DNA of 64,000 nt from Phoronis australis. Lineage: Eukaryota > Animalia > Phoronida. Within the stretch, counting starts at the first letter, position 1, and the number at the start of each line of letters is the position of its first letter. Shown here one piece after another: positions 12,401-24,400 of this stretch. The notes under the pieces were generated by a model. It did not search any database, was not told where the DNA came from, and worked only from the letters and a program-made list of their open reading frames with translations. Made by a program: the position numbers and the translations under genes. Location of the stretch: assembly GCA_002633005.1 (NCBI GenBank), contig NMRA01000180.1:146125-210124 (forward strand), read 5' to 3'.

Positions 12401-15400
12401 CATGTGTAGTTAGTTGTTGCAACAAAAGGGGGATTACATATAACAAACTTGACAAATATCCGTGGCGTTGGCGCAGTTGGATTTTGGAATTAAATGCTGA
12501 ATGACGTCAACATGAACTTTTGTCTTAAAACGCTACGAAATATTGCCACAAGTCAAACTTTAATAATTCTGCTAAAACTAAAGATTGCTTTAAGGTATTT
12601 CAATAAACACAATATACATTCATTGACTGGCCGTAGTTCGGCGGGAAATGACGTGGTACGACGATGATAACTGGTATGGAACCGGTAACTCTCCCCTACA
12701 TTTGATGTACAACGTGGCACTGACTGAATGCATCAAACAAACATGGACTTTTTCAAAACACCGTGTTGGCCATATTTGTGTGGAAAAGCGAAATGAACAA
12801 ATATCTGTACACGCTGCTCAAAACACTTTTGTGGACATACGGAAACGAACACGTCGTTGTCTTAGAACGCTGCATTTCTGACAAAGCACTCTTGTGCTGG
12901 AAGTTTTTTTAAGATTGAGCACTGTTCCAATAATTGTAGCTCTTGTTACAGCTGACCACAGAAGAATGATTCTGCGATTTTAGGACTGAAACTGAACCAA
13001 ATCTGACATGGTGACTCATTAGAAGGTGCGGTACTCGGGGAGAGGGGGGGGGCAATACAAGCGTGATATTTTTATTTTGGAGCCATAGTTGCCAGATATC
13101 ATTCAGCGTCACTTACTACCAAAGGAGGCCAGATCATGCGCTATAAACATCACCAGACGCTTTGCTTCACAAAACGTGTACCTTGGTGTATTTCCTTTCA
13201 TTTTTTCGACATCGCATTCGCTTTACCAAAGATTCACGCATAAGTGCCGCGTAGAGACAAACACCTCTTCACCACATATTCGTATCTTCCCGTTTTATTT
13301 TATACAATTTGTCAATATGTTGTTGGCAGAAAATATTTGTTTTCGGAACAACGTCAACGACCGACTGATACACGTAACTAGAGCAGATTTTACCGTCACC
13401 GATGCATAAAAACGGAATGCGCAAGGCTAGAATGGGTAGTAGCCTCAATGGCGGATTTAGGGGGTTGCCAGGGGGGCCATCCCCCCTATAATTCTACCAG
13501 ATACCATTTGGGAGTTCGGGTGCCAATTGCTGACTAACACATGAATGAACAATGCATAGGCATGAACAAACCCCTGCTGCATCCCCACGCTATAGGCTGG
13601 GCGGGCTCGATTGTCGAAATTTTGATTATTCCTGTACATCTGTATGAAAATGAAATATTTTCATTCGTTTTCATATATCATTTGATACCACAATATTAGC
13701 TTGAAATGGCAGATACAACCATGTAATAACCCATAACTATCTCACTAGTGAGATAACGATTTGGCGGGAAACCGAGAACGGGGTCGAAGCCGGGACCCTT
13801 ATGAAGTGCTGCTCGCCGACTTTACCACTACGCCACGCAGCGACTGCCGTCCTTAGGAGCGAAAATAGAATACTTAAATGAGCCCGCGCAATAATCCCCT
13901 GTTCAACAAACCGTATTGCACTGTATTTATACGCTACGAAAAATAAGACACATAATTTCCATAAAAATGATATCTTAATTCGGTGAATTTTTTCTCTCAT
14001 GTCCTCTTACTTGTAAATCACCGATCTCCAGTTTGAATGCGGGTATCGTGTCGTCAGGATCTTTGACTTGAGAATTATATCCAGTTACCAGTGGTAACCT
14101 ACTTTAGCAGACGATAATTTCCCGGTCGAAGCTTAGCGTGAAAAAACGTGTTTTAAGCTATAATAGTTGGTAAACCTTAATTTATAAATTCAATAATTCT
14201 TCAAAATCCAGTCGGGCTCTAGATAACGGGGGATAACGACTTCGCCATGTAATAATCTATATGTATTCTTAACAACGGTTTTTTTTAATTTATGTATTCG
14301 TATATAATAATTGTATATAGACTTCTTTGTATTTTTTACCCAGATCTAATGCCTCTCGGCGCTTTCTGGGTTATGTATATTCATTGTATTCTGAAGATTT
14401 CGTAATAAACATTAAAAAAAATTATTCCTGTGCCCTGCCCCCNNNNNNNNNNNNNNNNNNNNNNNNNNNNNNNNNNNNNNNNNNNNNNNNNNNNNNNNNN
14501 NNNNNNNNNNNNNNNNNNNNNNNNNNNNNNNNNNNNNNNNNNNNNNNNNNNNNNNNNNNNNNNNNNNNNNNNNNNNNNNNNNNNNNNNNNNNNNNNNNNN
14601 NNNNNNNNNNNNNNNAACACAAAATCCTGGATTCGCCCCTGAGCCTCAGTAAAGGTCATTCCGTGTTTGATGTCACTGTCTAAGTTCGTGGAAGTCGTAA
14701 CCATATGATTTCGAAGTTAGAGCCTTCCAAGTACGTGGTATTATGCCATAAAGTTCCGTGTATTTCGCGTCTTTACTGCAAGAGTTAATACTGTGAAAAC
14801 AAAATCTCTGGAGTAAGAGCTCTTCGGTACAACAACTCATTCCCTATCCCATCATCATGGGCGCGTGATAGGAGACCCGTGAGGAATTTTAAAAACGCAA
14901 AAAGATGCAGTTCAACGTAACACAAACAAAAAACAAGTGTGGACGAAGACTGTAAAAAATAGCTGCGTTTACAAAATGACTACGGCGTTGTATTGACCGG
15001 GAAGCAGCCAGTCTAATGCAACTTGTTACTGTCACGAGCCAAAAGATCAAATGTAAAGAAAACTTTAAAATTGTGTATTCCAAAACTTGTTGCATTGTCC
15101 GTAATCCAATGTTCAATATTACCGCTTGCCTCCAACCTTCGTGTACTCATGAAATGGAAACAGTAAAACAAGTTAACTTATTTGACCCTGTGCCGAGACG
15201 AATATCGGCGTCTGCACGCAAAGCGGTATCAGCCTGACAACCTATTACGCAAATGCTACTCTGGCCTAAAAATAGAAGCCGACGAGCGGGTCGGTTTATG
15301 GCCGGTCGGCAATTAAAGGAGCATGCCACCCAAAAAACAACCTAATTTATATCAATTTAGATCGAGTAGTTCTACTCCATAACGACACGTACGGTTGCGA

Positions 15401-18400
15401 TACCTGACACATGACAGCAGACGGAGGTGTTGAAATTATCCAATGCCGTCATCGGTTTCACACGCAGTCTGTTCAGCAGTTCACAACACGGGTTACTGGT
15501 GTCAGCTTATCGCTTGAAGTCATCGTTTAACACCAATAAATCATCAAATGTTGATGCAAAACCCTTGAAAATACACCGAGCTCTTATAAAAACGTGTTGT
15601 TTTATTTGGCTGTTACGGGTTTACTGGTATTTGGACACACCGAAGCTTAGGCCTACAAAGTTCGGAAGACCAATTTATCAAGGTCCGTAGCACTAAGGAG
15701 TTTGGGGTCTGTTTGGAGATAAATTCGAAGTATTCTTCCGTGAAATACAGACAGGAGAACCTAGATCTGTGTTGTTATACTTGTGATTTTGCGAGTTCTA
15801 TTGGTATTTGGACACACCGTAGCCTACAAAGTTCGGCACGGGCCAATAAGGTCCGTAGCAGGAGCTTGGGGTCTGTTCGGAGATAATTTCGAAGTATTTT
15901 CCGTGAGATACAGACACGAGAACCTAGATCTGTGTTGTTTGGAATTGTGAGTTTTGAGTTCTAAACACAAAACGCTTGTTATCCTGAGCCGTGGCTCGGA
16001 GCCCGATCAGGCCCGTCGCGGCCGGCCGGATTGACTCCGCCGTTATCCTGGCCAGTGGCTCGGAAACTGATCAGACATCACGAACATAAACCAGACAAAG
16101 TTCAGTGGAAACTAAACTTACAGTCAAAAAATACTATCCTAGTGAGCCAAAGTAATGTGCACGGTGATTATGTTGGTGAATTAGCCACGAAACTGCAAAT
16201 CTACTTACTCGTCGGGGGCCGCAAATTCACTGAGGTTCCGCTTTGGCCACAGCACCGTCAGGGCAGAAGTTGTACATTGACAATCATCATTTGAGTAATG
16301 TTAATGTAAATAAAGATTCCCCTAACACCTGGCCGTGGGATGGAAATCGAGTTGTTTCACAACAGTTTCTGCCAGCAAACACTAAATTAGCATGAGCTCA
16401 CACGGCCTCGGTGTCCCGTCAATTAGTTTTATTACACCTAAAGCCGGTAACGCATAGATTTATTCATTGCTGGCTTCTCAAATCATTTGCATTCACGAAC
16501 ACTCCAAAGGCATTACAAATTGCATCTAATGAGACAGACTTTGTTTGAATTTTATAAAATTATTGGTTAGGGTGAGAATAATTCAGTTGAAACAGAACGC
16601 TCAGTTACGAACATGGCAACTCGCAATCCCGACTTAGGACGAGCTAGAGCTCGATCAGTCCCGACTTCGCAGGTGGATCGTTAAGTTTTACAGATTATCA
16701 ATTCGAACAGGAATACAGTGATGAAGAAATACTAGAGAAGCGCCGTGAACAAGCTCAGACAACGGAACGTACGGAGTTATTTGGTAAGCCGACATTCGTC
16801 AGGCACTGTCGATGTCTGCAGGCCACAGACACGGAGATGTTTCACGGTCTAATACTTGCTATTTACAGCGTACATTTCATTCTTCACTACCATGAGCCAC
16901 TCCCTAAGCATTTCGGACTCTCGAGGAAGTAAAAAACGATATACCCGCTTTCCTCGCAGCTGCTCAGTTCGGACAAGCGGGAACGATGCACCGCAACATA
17001 GCAGCATTCACTCTGCATATGAACCACTGACGTCGCTAGCGTCGTTTCTCACCTTCCTCACAAGTTAACGCGAGGTAAGGCCGACTGTATAGACCCTATT
17101 CACGCCGACAGGAGGCGCGTTCCAAAACGAGGCTCGCTACGATAGCTCTGTTAGATGAGTCTGTGTTTCAGTCCGTGTTGTTCCGCGAACGGCTAGAAAA
17201 AATACGGACACGCAACTGCCTGCTTTGCAATCTCTAAAGACATTGAGATTCGGAAGCGTTGGGTCGTTGCCATACGCCGCGACGAAGCAAAACTTTTATG
17301 TCCGTGTAAAATAAAATGTTTTCGAAAAGTTAGATCATATTTTGTAGCATCTCGGTCAGTTGTCAAGCATCGTATTAACGACCGGTAATGGGCTAGCCAG
17401 GCTGTATTTTCATGACTACGGATTTTAGGGGGGGGGGGCATGGTCCTCCTAAAATTGTATCAGATCTCATTTTTGATTTCGGGTGCGAATTGCTGACTAG
17501 CACACGTGCGCAACCAGGGGATCTTGGGGGGGGGTGAAAGTAAACGCATAGGCGCTGAATGAACCCCGTTTACCGTTTTTTTTTTTTAGTCAACAGGTCC
17601 GCAAACCCACGAATTCAAGACCCCTGCATCCCCAGATTTTAGGCTGGACGCGCATCTGCCGAAATGCTGCTTATTCCTGTGCCCTGCCCCCCCAACTCAA
17701 AATCCTGGATCCGCCCCTGCTACGGGTTGAAACATTGTAATTTTTCTTTCCAAAAAGGACAGGGCCCTCAATCCCTCAAATTTGGGGCCCAATATCGGCC
17801 CTATTCCCCTCTCAAAAATATTGAAATATCACGCGAAATTCCCCCAACGAGGTATAAAAATCTAGTGAAAAATCTCTCTGAGTTCACATCACCTGTAACC
17901 ACACAGGTGTCAATTTGTATGAGCACGGCACAAAAGGCTACTTTAAATGGAGACAGAGCCTATGAGAGCTTGCAACAGGGGGGTGCTATTGATGGTGATC
18001 AGAGGTAGATTGTTCCCGCCCTCACTCGGCGAAAAAATCGCCTCTCAGTAGGCACTGGCACCTTTCCCCTCGGATGAACGAGGTTCCTGCAGAAACATGA
18101 TAAACTATGATTGCATTGTCCGGTTAACTGAAATTGAGTTCTAAAACGAGGTTATGTTTTGGACGAACGAATTAGGTGTTTTAATTTTAAAATTCAACTT
18201 GGTCCAGATTGATATTTGAAATCACATGAAATAGACGTAAGAATTATTACAACCAAGAAAGCAGAATTGATGGTCAAACAATTTTTATTTTCAATTACGA
18301 GCCAGCTTTATTATTTTAATAAAAAACATATTTAATAACATCAATTATTCTTTCAGATCAATGACAAATCAACTGTTAGTCTCAGTGAGTGCATAGGATC

Positions 18401-21400
18401 AGGCTATACTTGATGTTAATATTCTTGATCAACAAATTAAACCACGAGATGTGGCTAATTGCACATGACAGCCATCACTGTCAAATATGTCTTCAACTCG
18501 TCAACAATACGAGCAGATGACCTGGTCCGCGTAGAAAGTATTTTGATCAACAATTTACAAGAAAAAACGTAACCCTGCATTCAGCATAATACCTAATCCG
18601 TAACACTACGATCGCTGCAATTTGGTCATATTTACTTTTCATGTTTCGAACCTAGTTTTCCGAACAAAATTAAACCCTTTCGTCAGACAACTCTTTGGCG
18701 CCTTAACTTGTTCTCTAATGTAATTTTCTACGTCTCTGTGGTTAATTGTCGACACATCATTAAAATTCAATATCCAGGTTGGACTCGAAAGACCGGCTAT
18801 TTAACTCACGCAATGTCTACTTTCGCTTTGTTTATCGCAGTGNNNNNNNNNNNNNNNNNNNNNNNNNNNNNNNNNNNNNNNNNNNNNNNNNNNNNNNNNN
18901 NNNNNNNNNNNNNNNNNNNNNNNNNNNNNNNNTTTGATTTTAGAATGTTTGCTTTCTCGCCTATTCTCGAGCTATTGCGCAGCTTCACTGCGTCCATGCC
19001 AAGGAACTACGTTGGTGCTTGAGTGTTTTGGTTTACGTACTTCAGGTTTTAAAAGATTTTAATTGTGGTACCATTGCAAATTGTAATCCATAAGAATCCC
19101 CCGACGATGTTTCACTCCAGCAACTGTGATTAACATGTACACGTAACGAGAATTTGCAGATGCAGTAGCTAAGATTTTCGAATTACTTTCAGAACTCTTC
19201 AGTGTCGACATTACAAAGAACTTGTCTCCTGACAAATACTCAAGTTCATCCCATCTCTCTACTGACTACACTCCCGGTAACGCAAAACTTGACAGTTCAA
19301 GAGCTTGGAAACCATTAGGTTCAGATTTAGATCCTTTCGTTCAGGTAATAACCCTTAACTCGTTCTTGCATGCCCTGATAATTTCATTTCGCAGCGTTAA
19401 AGTTGCTATTTGTCGGTCTTCAAATACATGCACATGTAGTTAAGTGAGCTATTTCAGTCATGACGATTTTAGGAATCTACGTGTACTAGTTGGATTTTAA
19501 GTGGCACAGAGAGTGAAAACAGGAACGATGTGAGCAGGCGACTGTGTCGGCAAAAAAACATACTTCATGTTAGGTTGCATTATTAGTATACAGCATGTTC
19601 GTATAACAAAACGTTTTGGTTGGATTTGAAATAAGTGTTAGGCTGATTTCGAAGGGACTTCAATTAATCTATTTATGATGGTTGACACTAGCGAGGTCTA
19701 AACATGGCTGCCTGATCACAGTGCGTCGGAATTTTCATCGGTAAATCTTTAATGTTTTTAGAGTAGTGAAACTGTTCTTTCAGGAACCACGCCTTGGATC
19801 AATGATTTGGGTAACCCAAATGAACGAGCCCAATCAAAATTAGCGTTGTGCATGCGAATTTGTTTCACCAGGAGGCCTCTACCGTTGTGTACGGATTGGC
19901 TCTACTTTCCCTTATTTCACGGTTTACAAGTACATCATGGATTATTGAATGCCCTACAGTACAATAACATATATGGGATAAGGGATTTTACATTTAATTT
20001 TAATCTAATATGATTGTGGTTTGGGAAGTATTGGAGAAACAAAAAACTTGTATAAAATTTTGGAGTTTGCTTTGTAATAGTCATCAGAGTTCATGTGACG
20101 GGTTGCATGAACAGTCCCAAACAGGGACTCGAATAAGTTTTCTAATTTTTTTGCCTATTTGTGTTTTTTCTATACTCTATAATGACAAACGTAATACTAT
20201 ATTTTTCCATGATTGTATCTTTATTATGAGACCCTTTTTGACTAATGGCATTTTTGATAACATAAATAAAAACTGAAAATATTTAGGGACTTATTCCTTA
20301 AATTAGGGGTGTTGCATGAAACGATCCCTATTTATTTATGATAATATTGAGAATTCACCATCAAGTTCACTCTCCATATGTATCAAAACCAAAACTTGAC
20401 TTAGTAATGAAACTAAAACATCATAAGAAAAGACTGTCGGTGTTTTCACAAGTCCACAAATACGCAGTAGATTTAGGGAACTTAGTTGGCTCCCTGTTTA
20501 GGACTGTTTCATGCAACTGGCCTCTAAAATGCAACGTCTGTTGATGGACATTAAGTACCAGAAGCGATTCTGTGAAATGATCCATCGTCTTGTGTACGCA
20601 GAGCTTCAAGTAGTTATAACATTTTTACAGATTGAATTGGAAAGAGCGTCGCTTATAATTGGGATTACCGTTCAAGGAGACGGGTCCTCCAACTGGGTAA
20701 CGAGCTTCACTGCTGAGTCTCGAAACGTCGGAGAGCCTTGGCACCATGTTGACAACGGAATGGTCTGTGATTTATCGTTCAACACTTGTTATTTTGAATA
20801 AATTTAACGAATTCACTACGTTGGGCTTCTATGTAGTGAATGCCGTTCTAAAACTAGTCACTTGCTCTCATAAGATTAGAATTTATATAATTTGTGGGCT
20901 ATGGAAAAAGTGGGTTTCCGCTAGTGCATGACAATCAGAAATTTGAGTTTATCCAAATGTTATGGCTTTGCTCGGCGGTTGTTACGTAGCATACTTAAAC
21001 AGGTTTTGTACAAAACTTTAAAGCTTATCCGCTGCATAATTTGATGCATGATATCGAATGCGTTGTTAAACAATGGCATCTTAACGCGTGATAACTTGGG
21101 TATTACTTGGGTGCAGAACCAGCGTCATCACACTCGAGGCAGACCCATAGATTCTCGGCTTTCCACGTCATCAAGTCAGACAAGGTTCTTTGACTAACCA
21201 CTCCAACCAACTGCTGATTACACAGTCGTCTTGCCCGGCCATGCAACCGACTTTCAGCACCACAGTCTCTCTCATATCCAAACAGCTGCATTCTGTCAAT
21301 TGCATTTCCATTCTCCCGTGGCTCCACCTCTCTAAGCGCTCCTAGAATCTCACTCTTTCCCAATCTGAGGGCACCCTGTATCGGTGCATTTCCCGCTAAC

Positions 21401-24400
21401 TTGTCAGCGTGATAATGTGATGTTATTTTTTTATACAAAATGCAACTTCTTTACGCCCAGACCCAGGATGATAAAGTAAACATCCTCTGTTCTGTTCAAA
21501 TTACGTTCACAACAATTCGCTATCCCAATAAAATTGTACCTTTAAAAAGGGACAGTTGCAAAAAGTAGGCTCCGTCGTCAGTTTCCACTATCTCTTAAAA
21601 AGCCTTAGCCTCGTTCTTACCTCCAGCGTCCAGTCGGCTTCGTGCAAGTCGCATTTTTGAATGCAATTGACTTCCGTAAGGGGTACCTTTGGTGATTTGG
21701 CTTACATGAGGGCACTGACCTAATCATATGCAAGTCCATGTTCGCGTTAGGAGCCACGAATGGTAGGGACACGGCATCAATTTGATTCTGTTCCGATTTG
21801 TATGCATACGAATAAGGGTGAAATAGTCAGTTTTTTTTCAAAAAAAAAACACCCATCTACAAGGGAATATTGAATGGCACTGAGATAAGCAAACAGTCCA
21901 TGCATTGGTGTGGTTTATCTCCTTCGTTATGTCATTTAAAAAGAGTGGTGACTGAAATTCTTTCCTTGGCTCCATTCATTTGGGAGTGTCACACCTGTTG
22001 GGGCCGGGGCTCACGCTCGTCTAACGGGATGAATAAACACATATACATCGCAATATCTGTCTTTCTTTTGAGAGTTCCTGATGAACATTTTTCCTGATAA
22101 CATTTTAGTGCACTGAGAAGGAAATCGTACCTCATGAAACATAGATTTGGATGAGGTTTTGATAAATACCACTGAGGCAAAGGAGATTTGCGATATTTCC
22201 TCCTATGCTGCTAACTTACCACCCGGCATTATAATGATATTTTGGTCAACTACCACGGGTAACGTTTTGATTTCCCCAGTTTAGACAAACTCGTGTTCAA
22301 AGTGATTACTATCTGCACTAACACGTCTGGTCTTTAAATGGTTATTTACGGACAAGTTACGCGTTTAGTGCGCCGACAGCGTGTTAGGCGCACAACATGA
22401 TCCTTGTTTCCTAGCAACAGCAAATCGGTTGAAATTACCAAGCATAAGAATCACTTCTAATCACATTAAGAAATAAGTTAAAACCAGTTTTGCAACAAAA
22501 AGCGTCTAGTACGTTAAAAGTCTGACGTATGACGGGTTCATTGCAGCTTTAAATGATATTAACAACGGCTTCCCACCCCTATATCTAAAACCGAATAATG
22601 CGCTGTAAGCCTATTCAACCTTCCAACGTTTGGATCAAATTTTGAAGTCTACTCAACGTGCAACTGTGTCCAACGCTTTAGGTGAGACAAACGACAGGTA
22701 TGGCGAAACACCGTCTACCAAGAACTGTAATATCCATTCTGCCATATAGCGAGTGTGTGTTAACTGTTGAATAATGCTTTTATGACTCAAATGGGACACC
22801 AATGGCGAACAACTTTTATCTACAGTACAGTATTTGGTGCTGAATTCCAAAAAATAATGTTTTCTCTTCACAGGATTTCCAAGCGAACGTGGACTCTTCC
22901 ACGTCGAAGCAGATAATGCTTGGACAAGCTATACTGTGCCGATATCTAAGGATTAGACCCAAAGGCTATCAGGGTGAAATTGCAGTGCGGATCGGCCTCA
23001 AAGGAGCGACAGGTGAGGTGTTCCGCGTAACATTCTGCTTTGCACATTACACATTAAGCCAAAAAGTTGCATATGTACGAAAATGAATTGCTTAATGCTC
23101 GCAATATGTATTTTGGTACGTGTTAGACGTCAAATCTAGTGTAGAACCGTTAATGTAGCTAAACCATCAAACGCCTTAACTGATACATAAAACTGAGTGC
23201 ATCGTTTATTTTACCGCAGTGCTGTAGTGGTAAAAAAGAGGTAAGTAGGCGCCCAAAGCATGCGCGCACCCAGGGGGAGGAGGCTCGGGTGTGCGCATGC
23301 AAATGCCACCGTATCATCTTGAACGCTGAACGTAACTTACGGTGCGTAGGCGCTACGTTCAAATGCCAAAAAGTAGTTGGATGGGCCTGCGTTCGCCTAC
23401 GCCCCTCCACATCACTGTTTAACCGTAAACATTTATCAAATTGCTTCACGACACTACTTGCCTACAGGTCCATCACTGTAAATTGCAGCACTCGAAAATT
23501 ACGCGTGCTTTAACCGGAATGCTACATGTCTGCTCTCTTATTTTCAGCTACTACGAGTATCTATGATTTCCAATACAAATACGCTGAAAACGGTATCTAC
23601 CAGGTGACTGTTGCTGCAAACAACTCGCTGAGCTCAGCCTCTGACTCTAGCAAAGTGACGGTACAGACAGCGTATAGCGGATTAAGGATCACTTCACCTG
23701 CCATCCGATTTGGCGAGTCAACTCAGCTTCTTTTGACGTCGGTCACAGGATCTGGACCGGCGACTATCACCGCCTCATTTGCGGCAACCGAAGTTGGCAC
23801 AACTAATTGCAAATCAGCTCTTCCATGTAATGTTACGCTCGACGCAGCTGCACATGTCAAATATGGCGACTTCCCATTTACGTTTAGCGTTGCAAACTTA
23901 GTCTCTGACCCAATCACAACCACAGAGGTCGTTTCTGTTGACCATATACTTGCTGACGTAGAGCTTCATCCCACGCAAACAGCAGAAGCAACTGGAACCC
24001 CGGCCATTTTTGCTTTGAAGTTTAAAAGTCACGTTTCAAGATTAAACATAACAGCCGATTTCCGGGACAACACAACGCCAGACATAATTTATGTAGAATA
24101 TTACGACAACCAAACCGTTATATTCATAAATCACACGTTCCTTAACGCAGGTGTTTACGCACCAAAATTCTATTTTAAAAGCCTCGTCACTGATTTCACC
24201 AAAATAACTACCATAACAATCCAAAATGCAGTCGCTAATATATCTTTTACCGATAACGGACCTCAGCCGATTCTGAACAATGATTCATATGGAAACGTGC
24301 ATTTTCAATTTCATTTCTCTGGTAGCTCATTAAGATTTCCAACCAATGCTACTGCCCTTATCGATTACGGTGACACTTTCACCGACCTAATCCTTCTCTG

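Noticed and set aside
13773-13850. Functional tRNA gene
   Set aside because: Only A/B-box-like motifs; acceptor and anticodon stems do not pair convincingly.
21103-21438. 111-aa minus-strand ORF, possibly a LINE remnant
   Set aside because: No recognisable motif or splice support; composition alone is insufficient.
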